From: Geobacter metallireducens GS-15
GTDB lineage: Bacteria; Desulfobacterota; Desulfuromonadia; Geobacterales; Geobacteraceae
Length of the DNA stretch: 32,000 nucleotides
Assembly (NCBI RefSeq): GCF_000012925.1
Contig: NC_007517.1
Span: 1,830,001-1,862,000, forward strand
Direction of reading: 5' to 3'
Notes under the pieces: generated by a model
Told to the model about the DNA's origin: nothing
The model's input: only the letters and a program-made list of their open reading frames with translations
Database searches by the model: none
Program-made: the position numbers and the translations under genes
Shown: one piece after another, positions 9,857 to 19,264 of the stretch
Layout: every line of letters begins with the position of its first letter
How positions within the stretch are numbered: position 1 is the first letter of the stretch

Positions 9857-10944
9857 AACGGAAGATCGGCATCCTTACGGGAGGGGGAGACTGTCCCGGC
9901 CTCAACGCGGTGATACGGGGCGTGGTGAAGAGCGCCATCATCGGGAGGGGATGGGAGGTGGTCGGTATCGAGGACGGATTCGACGGCCTTCTCTACGACC
10001 GAACCCCCAGACCACTGGGGCTTGAAGACGTGAGGGGAATCCTTCCGCGGGGAGGAACGATCCTTGGCACCTCCAATAGGGGCAATCCCTTTTCCTACCC
10101 CATTGAGGTTAACGGTAAAACTGTGCTGACTGATGTGTCCGACCGGGTTGTGGAGCGGGTCAAGGACCTCGGGATCGACGCCATCGTGGCAGTGGGGGGA
10201 GATGGTTCCCTCAAGATCGCCCTGGAGTTGATGAAAAGGGGGGTGCCGGTGGTTGGCGTCCCGAAGACAATTGACAACGATCTAATGGAAACCGATGTCA
10301 CCTTTGGTTACAACACGGCCCTGGAAACAGCCACTGATGCCCTCGACAAGCTCCATTCGACGGCCGAGAGCCATCACCGTATCATGATCATGGAGGTGAT
10401 GGGGCGCTATGCCGGCTGGATCGCACTGGAGTCGGGTATCAGCGGCGGTGCGGACGTGATCCTGATCCCCGAGATCCCCTTTGAACTGAAGGCCGTCTGC
10501 AATGCCATTGAAGGCCGGCGCCGGCGAGGCAGCAAATTCAGCATTGTGGTGGCGGCCGAGGGAGCCTTTCCCCGGGGCGGTACGCGGGTCGTCCAAAAAA
10601 AGGCCGATGAAACCATGGCAATCGAGCGGCTCGGCGGCATCGGCAACTTTGTGGCCCACGAACTTACCTCCTGTCTCGATATGGACATCCGGGTGACAGT
10701 GCTCGGCCATCTCCAACGGGGAGGGTCCCCCTCAACCTTTGATCGCTGTCTCGGGAGCCGATTTGGCATCGGTGCCGTTGAGCTTATCGAAAGGGAGCAG
10801 TACGGAGAGATGATCTGTCTCAAGGGAAGAGCCATCCGTTCCGTTCCCATTGAAAAAGCTGTCCGCAAGCTCAAACTTGTCGATCCCCGAGGACAGATGG
10901 TAACCGCTGCCAAAGAGCTGGGAATCAATGTCGGAAGGGAGTGA
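9853..10944 (+). CDS. pfkA: 6-phosphofructokinase (PfkA family)
   Basis: [47 protein letters not shown] and [11 protein letters not shown] motifs. Start set at ATG 9853 (homolog-like N-terminus, ATGA overlap with the upstream gene). The track ORF from 9706 is an upstream extension inside the ROK gene. Confidence 0.92.
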   Translation: [363 protein letters not shown]

Positions 10945-11070
10945 GAATTGACTTTAATCCCTCCGCGCTATAGAGTGTGACGATATTTCTCTGAAGAAAC
11001 TCATGCAGCGACCGATGTTATTATGTATGAACCTCTTTCGGGGTACGATTCACATGGAGGGAAACCGTTT

Positions 11071-13062
11071 ATGGATTCCGGGGCTGTCGTGAAGAATAGA
11101 AGTATTCGCTACGGGCTTTTCGGGTGTATTCTGGGTATCAGCGCCCCCATAGGGTGGACGCTCATCCGCCTGATTTTTTTCGCCAATCCCGACCAGTCTC
11201 TCCTGTCGCGAGTTTTTGGCGATATCGTTAAATCCCCCTTTAATATCGCACTGTATACCTACATGGGAATCGGCACCGCAGGTGTGCTCGCCGTGCTCGG
11301 CTACTATATCGGCAAGACGACTGATGAACTCCATAGCCGGGCTTCGGAACTGAATGTTCTTCATCAGGAGGTCGCTTCTCAAAAGGAAATTTTTGAACAG
11401 CGTTACCGTGCCCTCGACAGCAACATCAAAAACTTTCACCAAATCAGCAGTAAAATCCAGAAATCCATTGACATCGAAGAGGTTCTGCTCCTGTGCGCTG
11501 AAGGGCTCCACGATGTCCTCGGTTACGAGCGGGTCTCCATCCTGATGGCCGACGAAGGGCGCTCCAATCTTTCTTTTGTGGCGTCCGTCGGCACACCGGA
11601 CTTCAACCCCCAAGGAGTCAGCATCCCTCTTGATATCCGTAGCGGAGTCATTTTCAAGTGCTTTGCGGATCGGCAGATCTACATGATCGACGACCTCAGC
11701 ACGTATCCGGCTGACTTCCGGCTCAAGCCTCCCTACGACGCCATCCGTGCGTTGCGCTCCAGGAGCTTTGTTCTCTGCCCCATCATCGTGAAGGGTGAAT
11801 CAGTGGGGGTATTCGGCATCGACAACCGGCAAAGCCGGCGTCCTCTCAATGACACCGATGTCGACACCATCAGGCTTTTCGCCGACCAGGCAGCCTCGGC
11901 CATCATCCGGATCAACCTCCTGAAGGCAATCGGAACGCTCACCTCTGAGCTGGAAACCACTTTCTCCGACCTGCTTAAGAACCGCGACCACTATTCCCGC
12001 TACGTAGTAAATCTCAAGGATGCGGTCAATTCTGTTGCCGACGGTACCGCTCACATCGCATCCGCCGCCGAAAGCGTCCTTGCCTCCGTTGATGAGACAA
12101 GTTCGTCGGTGAGCAATATTTACGTATCCATCGAGCAGGTTACGAAAAATCTCGATTATCTTTCCGAATCTATCGAAAAATCGGTGTCGGCCATGGAAGA
12201 GCTCAACTCCACCATCAAGAATGTTGAGCAGAGTGCCGCGATCTCGCACCAGGTTTCAAGCAAGGTAAAAGAGGAAGCTGACCGGGGGAGGCGTGTGGTG
12301 AAGGAGACCATCGCGTCGCTGGCCGAGATCCAGCGTTCGGTTGAGCTTTCCTTTGATGCCATGAAGCGGCTCACGGAAAACAGCGGCCGTATCGAGAGCA
12401 TCGTAGGGGTTATCAACGACATTACCAAGCGGACCAATCTCCTTGCTCTCAACGCCTCAATCATCGCTGCCCAGGCCGGAGAATACGGCAAGAGCTTCGG
12501 TGTTGTTGCCGATGAGATCCGTAACCTTTCGCTCCAGACCGGTCAGTCAACCGGTGAAATCACCGGCATCATCGAAGAGATCATGAATGAGTCCCACAGT
12601 GCCGCCCAGAACATTTCCGCCTCCAAGGAACTCGTGCAGAAAGGGGTGGAACTGGGGGGGGTTATGGGGCAATCGCTCCAGGTGATTCACGAGAGTTCGG
12701 CCCGATCACTGGACATGACCCAGGAAATTAAGATTGCAACCGAAGAGCAGGTCCGCAGCGTGCAGCTTGTCACCCATTCCATCGAAAACGTGAGCAGCAT
12801 GAGTTCTCAAATATTCAAGGCGTCCAAGGAGCAGTCCGATGCCGCCATGAGCATTGTCCGTTCCGTTGATACGATTAAGGAAATGACCCAGGAAATGGTC
12901 AAGGCGACCGTCAAACAGGTGGAAGACGGCAGCGAGATCAAGCAGTCGGTGGAAGCCGTGGGCGAGATGGTAACCAAAATATTTGAAGACATGGAAGTTC
13001 GGCGCGGAGAAAGCTCCGCCGTAGTGAGAGAACTTGAAATGATGAAGAAAATCGCCGAATGA
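11071..13062 (+). CDS. Methyl-accepting chemotaxis protein with a cytoplasmic GAF sensor domain
   Basis: Two N-terminal TM helices separated by a short loop. A GAF-like region follows ([28 protein letters not shown] ... [19 protein letters not shown]). The MCP signalling hairpin is [36 protein letters not shown]. Start placed at ATG 11071, which has GGAGG 9-10 nt upstream; ATG 11023 has no SD. Confidence 0.85.
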   Translation: MDSGAVVKNRSIRYGLFGCILGISAPIGWTLIRLIFFANPDQSLLSRVFGDIVKSPFNIALYTYMGIGTAGVLAVLGYYIGKTTDELHSRASELNVLHQEVASQKEIFEQRYRALDSNIKNFHQISSKIQKSIDIEEVLLLCAEGLHDVLGYERVSILMADEGRSNLSFVASVGTPDFNPQGVSIPLDIRSGVIFKCFADRQIYMIDDLSTYPADFRLKPPYDAIRALRSRSFVLCPIIVKGESVGVFGIDNRQSRRPLNDTDVDTIRLFADQAASAIIRINLLKAIGTLTSELETTFSDLLKNRDHYSRYVVNLKDAVNSVADGTAHIASAAESVLASVDETSSSVSNIYVSIEQVTKNLDYLSESIEKSVSAMEELNSTIKNVEQSAAISHQVSSKVKEEADRGRRVVKETIASLAEIQRSVELSFDAMKRLTENSGRIESIVGVINDITKRTNLLALNASIIAAQAGEYGKSFGVVADEIRNLSLQTGQSTGEITGIIEEIMNESHSAAQNISASKELVQKGVELGGVMGQSLQVIHESSARSLDMTQEIKIATEEQVRSVQLVTHSIENVSSMSSQIFKASKEQSDAAMSIVRSVDTIKEMTQEMVKATVKQVEDGSEIKQSVEAVGEMVTKIFEDMEVRRGESSAVVRELEMMKKIAE

Positions 13063-13245
13063 ATTTAATGGACAGTCTCATCTGATTTATGGTAAACAAT
13101 AACCGTGTTCTATAAATGACCCGCAACGCTGGCGGAGTCGAAAATCTGTTCACGACAAATTGATACTGCCTGGATTCGTACGAACCGGGACGGATGGCAA
13201 TAGCCGCAACGACAAGGAAATAGCTTTTTCTCTTGGTCTTGGTAC

Positions 13246-13282
13246 ATGCGCCTCCGGAACCCCGGTGGCGCATTTTTGTTGT
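13246..13282 (+). terminator. Intrinsic terminator / attenuator hairpin immediately upstream of the panB SD
   Basis: ATGCGCC-t-CCGG-aacc-CCGG-t-GGCGCAT followed by TTTTGTTGT. It ends 2 nt before GGAG (13285-13288) and 11 nt before the panB GTG. It lies 184 nt after the MCP stop. Confidence 0.65.
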
Positions 13283-13293
13283 GTGGAGCAACC

Positions 13294-14097
13294 GTGAACC
13301 GCAAGAAGACAATTATTGACATCCAGAAGATGAAGGCAGCCGGCGAGAAGATAACCGTCCTCACCAGCTATGATTACCCCTTTACCCGCGTAATGGATGA
13401 ATGCGGCATTGACATGATCCTCATCGGCGATTCCGTGGGCGTTGTCTTCAGTGGGTATGACAACACCCTGCCGGTCACGATGGACGAGATGATCTATCAC
13501 ACCCGGGCGGTGGTGCGGGCCCGGCCCAAGGCCCTGGTTGTGGCCGACATGCCGTTCCTCTCCTACCAGACCGACCTGCGGGACGCCCGTCTCAATGCCG
13601 GCCGTCTCGTGAAGGATGGGGGGGCGGAAGCCGTCAAGCTGGAAGGTGGGAGCCATGTGGCCGATACCATCCGCGCCATTGTCGACATGGATATTCCGGT
13701 TATGGCCCATATCGGTCTCACCCCCCAGTCGATTCACCGGATGGGGGGGTACAAGGTCCAGGGGAAAAAGGAAGAGCAGTCCCAGCGGCTTCTGGATGAT
13801 GCCAAGGCCATTGAAGAAGCCGGCGCCTTTGCCGTGGTTCTGGAGGGGATCCCGCTGAAACTGGCGGAAAAGATCACCGAAGAGCTTTCCATTCCCACAA
13901 TCGGCATTGGCGCGGGGCCCCACTGCGACGGTCAGGTGCTTGTGATCCATGACATCCTGGGACTGTGCGAGAAATACTCTCCAAAGTTCGTGAAACGTTA
14001 CGGGGACGCCAATGCGCTGATAACCAGCGCGGTTTCCTCATACATCGCCGAAGTGAAGAAAGGAGAATTCCCCGACGAGGGGCATTCATTCAGCTGA
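13294..14097 (+). CDS. panB: 3-methyl-2-oxobutanoate hydroxymethyltransferase
   Basis: [43 protein letters not shown] and [14 protein letters not shown] are typical PanB motifs. Start at GTG 13294 (GGAG 5 nt upstream) gives 267 aa. The track's ATG 13246 lies inside the terminator stem. Confidence 0.93.
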
Positions 14098-14098
14098 G

Positions 14099-14950
14099 AT
14101 GAGAATCATTGAAACCGTAGCCGAGATGCAGGCCTTTTCGCGGGAGGCACGAAGGGAGGGGAAAAGCATTTCCCTGGTCCCGACCATGGGGTTCCTCCAC
14201 GAGGGACACGCCTCGCTTATGATCGAGGGGAAGAAGCGGGCCGATATCCTCGTAACGAGCATCTTTGTTAACCCAACCCAGTTCGGTCCCACCGAGGACT
14301 TCGATGCCTATCCGCGCGACCTGGCGCGGGACCGTAACGTGGCCGAGACGGCGGGAGTAGATGTTATCTTCGCTCCCAAGGCGTCCGACATGTATCCCCG
14401 GGGATTTCAGACCTATGTGAACGTGGAGGAACTGACGCGTCCCCTCTGTGGCGCGAGCCGCCCCGGCCACTTCCAGGGTGTCACCACCGTGGTTGCCAAA
14501 CTGTTGAACATCGTTCTGCCCCACGTGGCCCTCTTTGGCAAGAAGGACTTCCAGCAGTTGGCAGTCATCCGCCGCATGGCCGCCGACCTGAACATGGACG
14601 TGGAAATCGTCGGCATGCCCATTGTGCGTGAAGCGGACGGCCTTGCCATGAGCTCCCGCAATGCCTACCTGGGGCCCGAAGAGCGGAAAAACGCTCTTTG
14701 TCTCAGCCGCGCCCTTGCCACGGCCCGGGACCTCTTCCTGGATGGGGAGCGCAGCGTTGGAACGCTGCGGGATAAGGTGCTCCGGGTCATCGGCGAGGTT
14801 CCCGGCGCCGTCATCGACTATGCGGATTTTCGCGATGGCGACACCCTTGAGACAGTCGAAACGGCCAACGGGCGAACTCTTATCGCCTTGGCCGTGAAGA
14901 TAGGAAAGACAAGGCTGATCGACAACTGCATCCTGGGAGAAGAGCAGTAA
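14099..14950 (+). CDS. panC: Pantoate--beta-alanine ligase
   Basis: [17 protein letters not shown] (HxGH motif), SIFVNPTQF and [14 protein letters not shown]. The start is 1 nt after the panB stop. Confidence 0.95.
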
Positions 14951-15015
14951 TCATACCGTTTCCGGTACTCCCTTTATGTTAAGTCCGACCGTCAGCTCAA
15001 AGGATGGAGCGAACA

Positions 15016-16668
15016 ATGCCGAAAAATCGTGATGCAGCCCGTGCCAGCCTGGAAAACCTCTACCGGATCTTCACCGTGCCGGAAGCACCCGACTCGACCC
15101 TCGGCGCTATTGATCAGGCGATTGCCGGCGATGTCGCCGGCTTCCTGCAGACCCATATCGTCGCCATCGAACGCCCTCTCGAAGAGATCGAAGCGGATTT
15201 CTCCTCCTTCTCCATACCCGAGGAACCGACCTACGTCTCCGAGTATACCGAATTCGTCAAAGAGAACCTCGTCGCCCACTCGGTCCATACCGCCTCACCG
15301 GCCTTTGTCGGCCACATGACCTCGGCGCTCCCCTACTTCATGCTCCCGCTGGCACGCCTCATGACCGCCCTCAACCAGAATGTGGTCAAGGTGGAGACAT
15401 CCAAGGCCTTTACGCCCATGGAGCGCCAGGTCCTTGCCATGCTTCATCACCTGGTCTATGGCCGGAATGACGACTTCTACCCGCAATGGATTCATAACAG
15501 CCAGCATGCCTTGGGGGCCTTCTGCTCCGGCGGCACCCTCGCCAACGTCACGGCGCTATGGGTGGCGCGCAACCGCCTGTTCGCTCCGGACGGAGAGTTC
15601 CGCGGCATTGCCCAGGAAGGGTTGGCCCGTGCCCTGAAACATCGCGGCGCGGACGGGATTGCCGTTCTCGTTTCCGAGCGCGGCCACTACTCTTTGGGCA
15701 AGGCCGCCGACCTCCTCGGTATCGGCAGGGATGACCTGATTAAGATAAAGACGGATGCAAACAACCGTATCGACCTCAAGGCGTTGAGAGAAGAATGCCG
15801 GCGACTGCAGGATCGGAACACCCTCCCGCTGGCTCTGGTCGGCATCGCCGGGACGACCGAAACCGGCAACGTCGACCCGCTGGAGGCAATGGCCGATTTA
15901 GCCCAAGAGCTCGGCTGTCATTTTCATGTGGATGCCGCCTGGGGGGGGCCAACCCTTTTTTCCGACCGGCACCGTCACCTGCTCCGCGGAATAGAACGGG
16001 CCGACTCGGTTACCATTGACGGGCACAAACAGCTCTATGTGCCGATGGGGGCGGGGATGGTCGTCTTCAAGGATCCCACCGCCCTCTCGGCTATCGAGCA
16101 TCATGCCAACTATATCCTGCGTCATGGCTCCAAGGACCTGGGCAGTCATACCCTGGAAGGGTCGCGGCCAGGGAAGGCGATGCTGGTTCATGCCGGGTTT
16201 TCGATCATTGGCCGCAAGGGGTACGAGCTTCTTATCGATATGGGGATCGAGCGGGCACGCACCTTTGCCGACATGATCCAGCGCCATCCCGATTTCGAGC
16301 TGATCAGCGAACCGGAACTGAATATTCTCACCTACCGCTACTGTCCGCCTGCCATCCAGCAGGCCCTGACCGACGCGACGGCCCAACAGCGCGCCGCAAT
16401 CAATGGACTTCTTGATCAGGTCTGTCAGCTGTTGCAGAAATATCAGCGCGAAGCGGGTAAAACCTTTGTCTCTCGAACACGGCTGCATGTGGCTCGCCAC
16501 GACATGGAGCTCACGGTCTTACGTGTCGTTCTGGCCAATCCGCTGACGACCGATGAGATTCTGGAGGCAGTTTTGGCGGAACAATGCGAAATCGTGCGTC
16601 TGCCGGAGATTCAGGCCTTGCTGCGGCAGGCTGAGGAACTCTGTCCCGGTCTGGCGAAAGCTGTCTAA
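15016..16668 (+). CDS. PLP-dependent group II decarboxylase (candidate aspartate 1-decarboxylase, PanP-like)
   Basis: Fold-type I group II decarboxylase signatures: GGTLANVTALWVAR, HVDAAWGGP, and the PLP-lysine motif SVTIDGHKQLYVPMGAGMVVFKD. Start set at ATG 15016 (GGAG 6 nt upstream) rather than ATG 15004. Same strand, 65 nt after panC. Confidence 0.8.
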   Translation: MPKNRDAARASLENLYRIFTVPEAPDSTLGAIDQAIAGDVAGFLQTHIVAIERPLEEIEADFSSFSIPEEPTYVSEYTEFVKENLVAHSVHTASPAFVGHMTSALPYFMLPLARLMTALNQNVVKVETSKAFTPMERQVLAMLHHLVYGRNDDFYPQWIHNSQHALGAFCSGGTLANVTALWVARNRLFAPDGEFRGIAQEGLARALKHRGADGIAVLVSERGHYSLGKAADLLGIGRDDLIKIKTDANNRIDLKALREECRRLQDRNTLPLALVGIAGTTETGNVDPLEAMADLAQELGCHFHVDAAWGGPTLFSDRHRHLLRGIERADSVTIDGHKQLYVPMGAGMVVFKDPTALSAIEHHANYILRHGSKDLGSHTLEGSRPGKAMLVHAGFSIIGRKGYELLIDMGIERARTFADMIQRHPDFELISEPELNILTYRYCPPAIQQALTDATAQQRAAINGLLDQVCQLLQKYQREAGKTFVSRTRLHVARHDMELTVLRVVLANPLTTDEILEAVLAEQCEIVRLPEIQALLRQAEELCPGLAKAV

Positions 16669-16747
16669 CGGTAGTTTGATGGAGTTGGTGTTCTTTTGTG
16701 GTAGAGTGTAATGACTGAGTAAAGACCCGTTGCCGAGAGCCCTTTCG

Positions 16748-18013
16748 ATGGAACTTTACGCCGCTTCATACATTCTGCCGATAGCATCTCCCCCCATCCC
16801 CGGCGGCGCGGTGGCTGTCCACGACGGCTGCATTGTCGAAACGGGAACGCTGGCCGAGCTCCGTTCGCGCCATAGCGGTCCCGTCCATGATTTCCCCGGT
16901 TGCGCCATCCTCCCCGGGCTCGTCAACGCCCACACCCACCTGGAGCTTACCCATTTCCCTTCCTGGAAGATCCGCAAGGGGATTGACTATTCTCCTCGAA
17001 CATACGTGGACTGGATAATCCAGGTAATCAAGATCCGGCGGGCCTTGTCGCCACAGGAACTGGAGCTTTCCGTGCGCGAGGGGCTGCGGATTTGCCTCGA
17101 AGCCGGGACTACAGCCATCGGCGAAATCCTCACCGACCGTTCACTTATCCCCCTCTATGCCGATTCAGGCCTGAGAGGGAGGCTCTTATTCGAGGCCATC
17201 GGTCACGACCCGGTTCGCAATGCCCAACTCGTCGAAGAACTTGATGCTGCCATCGCTTCCTTTTCCGGAGGCTCATTTCTCCCGGGCATTTCACCCCATG
17301 CTCCCCACACCGTTGCCGAACACCTACACCAGGATGTGTACCGTCTGGCGTATGAGCGGAACGTGCCACGAGTCATCCACCTGGCCGAGTCCCGCGAAGA
17401 GAGCGATTTTTTCTTTGATTCTTCCGGAAAAATTGCCGAGTTTCTCTATCCCCATGTCCGGTGGGAATCGTACCTCCCCGCACCACGGCGCACAACCGCT
17501 ACAGCCTGGCTCGATGGGCTCGGCGTATTGAACGGCACCATCTCGGCTGTTCACTGCGTTCACCTTACGCCGTCCGACGCCGAAATCCTGGCCAAACGTG
17601 GCGTCGGCGTGGTCCTCTGTCCCCGGAGCAACGACAAACTCGCCGTGGGGCGCGCCCCGGTCGTTCTGCTGAAGAGGCTCGGCGTCCCGCTTGCGCTTGG
17701 CACCGATTCACTGGCCAGCAATGACTCACTCTCACTGTGGGATGAAATGCGATATCTCCTTGATACCTTCCCGGGCATTTTTACTCCTACGGAAGCCCTT
17801 TCAATGACCACCATCGGCTCTGCTCGCCAGTTAGCCCTTGCTGATCGGACCGGTTCCCTCGATAAAGGGAAACATGCCGATTTCCTTGTGATGAAGCTCC
17901 CGGGCCGGAATGGTTCCGGTGAGGCGCTGCATGAGGCGCTCATTCATTCGGGAGAGATTCTTCAGGTTTTCCTTGCCGGCAATCTCGTTGTTAGCCGGGA
18001 GGCGTTTTCTTGA
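16748..18013 (+). CDS. Amidohydrolase-superfamily deaminase/chlorohydrolase-like protein (MTA/SAH- or aminofutalosine-deaminase-like)
   Basis: Metal-ligand motifs LPGLVNAHTHLELT, ISPHAPHT, SAVHCVHL and LALGTDSLASN. Substrate cannot be assigned from sequence alone. The start is ATG 16748 or TTG 16730. Confidence 0.75.
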   Translation: MELYAASYILPIASPPIPGGAVAVHDGCIVETGTLAELRSRHSGPVHDFPGCAILPGLVNAHTHLELTHFPSWKIRKGIDYSPRTYVDWIIQVIKIRRALSPQELELSVREGLRICLEAGTTAIGEILTDRSLIPLYADSGLRGRLLFEAIGHDPVRNAQLVEELDAAIASFSGGSFLPGISPHAPHTVAEHLHQDVYRLAYERNVPRVIHLAESREESDFFFDSSGKIAEFLYPHVRWESYLPAPRRTTATAWLDGLGVLNGTISAVHCVHLTPSDAEILAKRGVGVVLCPRSNDKLAVGRAPVVLLKRLGVPLALGTDSLASNDSLSLWDEMRYLLDTFPGIFTPTEALSMTTIGSARQLALADRTGSLDKGKHADFLVMKLPGRNGSGEALHEALIHSGEILQVFLAGNLVVSREAFS

Positions 18014-18061
18014 CCGTGCGCAAACCTCTTTTTTCCTGTAATTGCAAGGGCTTTTTACTCC

Positions 18062-18091
18062 TTGCAATGATTTCGCCATATCTGCTACTAT
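18062..18091 (+). promoter_or_regulatory. Candidate smpB promoter (TTGCAA-N18-TACTAT), with -10 ending 7 nt before the ATG
   Basis: -35 at 18062-18067 and -10 at 18086-18091. The -35 overlaps the right arm of a perfect 9-bp inverted repeat (ATTGCAAGG 18041-18049 / CCTTGCAAT 18060-18068). Confidence 0.35.
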
Positions 18092-18098
18092 CACTTTC

Positions 18099-18560
18099 AT
18101 GGGAGAAAAGCTGATCTGCAACAACAAGAAAGCGTTTCACGATTACTTTATTGAGGAACGTTTTGAAGCGGGAATGGTCCTGAAGGGGACCGAAGTCAAA
18201 TCGCTCCGCATGGGGAAGGCGAACCTCAACGACTCTTTCGCCCTGGTCCGTGACGGTGAAATCTTTCTGCACAATCTCCATATCAACCCTTACGATTTCG
18301 GCAATCGCCAGAACCACGATCCGGACAGGCTGCGCAAGCTCCTGATGCATAAGAGCGAGATTGAAAAGCTCTTCGGCAAGATCCGCGAAAAGGGGTACTC
18401 GGTTGTCCCGCTCCGCCTCTACTTCAAGAACGGCCTCGCCAAAGTGGAGCTGGGCCTTGCCAAGGGGAAGAAGCTGTACGACAAGCGCGAGGACATGAAG
18501 AAGAAAGACCAGTCGAGGGAGATGGCCCAGGCCCTCAGGGAAAGAAGCAAGAGCCACTGA
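18099..18560 (+). CDS. smpB: SsrA-binding protein SmpB
   Basis: [32 protein letters not shown] ... LLMHKSEI ... [11 protein letters not shown], with a basic C-terminal tail. ATG 18099 gives 153 aa with a homolog-like N-terminus. tmRNA is encoded immediately downstream. Confidence 0.95.
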   Translation: MGEKLICNNKKAFHDYFIEERFEAGMVLKGTEVKSLRMGKANLNDSFALVRDGEIFLHNLHINPYDFGNRQNHDPDRLRKLLMHKSEIEKLFGKIREKGYSVVPLRLYFKNGLAKVELGLAKGKKLYDKREDMKKKDQSREMAQALRERSKSH

Positions 18561-18573
18561 TAAGAGTTTACAA

Positions 18574-18929
<356 letters not shown>

Positions 18930-18960
18930 ATTCATAATCCGGCCTAGTCCGGAGTAGACA

Positions 18961-18996
18961 AAAAGCTCTCGGGGAATCGAGGGCTTTTTGTTTTTC
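18961..18996 (+). terminator. Rho-independent terminator of ssrA
   Basis: AAAAGCtCTCG-gggaat-CGAGgGCTTTT stem followed by TGTTTTT. The A-tract/U-tract symmetry makes it potentially bidirectional. Confidence 0.75.
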
Positions 18997-19116
18997 TTGA
19001 GGGCAGGTGTAATGGTTTTGTAAGAGTGGGATAATGTTTCCGAACCGTTGCATACCTGATAAGCCGGTATAAACTTGCCCAGTAAACTGCCTTGGAGAAG
19101 TCAGAAGCAAGTTGAT

Positions 19117-19145
19117 GGTGGCGGGAGTCGAACCCGCGTCCGAAG
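19117..19145 (-). repeat. Inverted 29-bp duplicate of the tmRNA 3' end (T-arm plus part of the acceptor strand)
   Basis: ggtggcgggagtcgaacccgcgtccgaag is the exact reverse complement of 18894-18922. No matching 5' acceptor strand, D-arm or anticodon arm follows, so this is a fragment and not a gene. Confidence 0.9.
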
Positions 19146-19264
19146 TTTACATAGCTCAAATTGAGAAGGGAGGTGACGGGAAGAGAGGTTGTTTGATCAT
19201 CACGTCTGGCCAGGAAGGCCAAGAAACTCCGCACGCGGGAGCCCTGTATCCAAGGAGGATAAAC

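Noticed and set aside
13150-13950. 266-aa minus-strand ORF over panB, with similar antisense ORFs at 3043-3864, 15898-16500, 19613-20278 and 28644-29195
   Set aside because: All are antisense to genes with clear homology. They are typical GC-rich reverse-frame artefacts.
19117-19200. Possible complete tRNA or second tmRNA gene on the minus strand
   Set aside because: Only the T-arm and a partial acceptor 3' strand are present. No complementary 5' acceptor strand (would read caccatc on the plus strand), D-arm or anticodon arm is found in the adjacent ~90 nt.
19112-19264. N-terminal extension of the cytochrome ORF (track start 19112, MMVAGVEPASEV...)
   Set aside because: The extension is a translation of the inverted tmRNA fragment and spacer. 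The signal peptide and a strong AAGGAGGA SD define GTG 19265 as the start.
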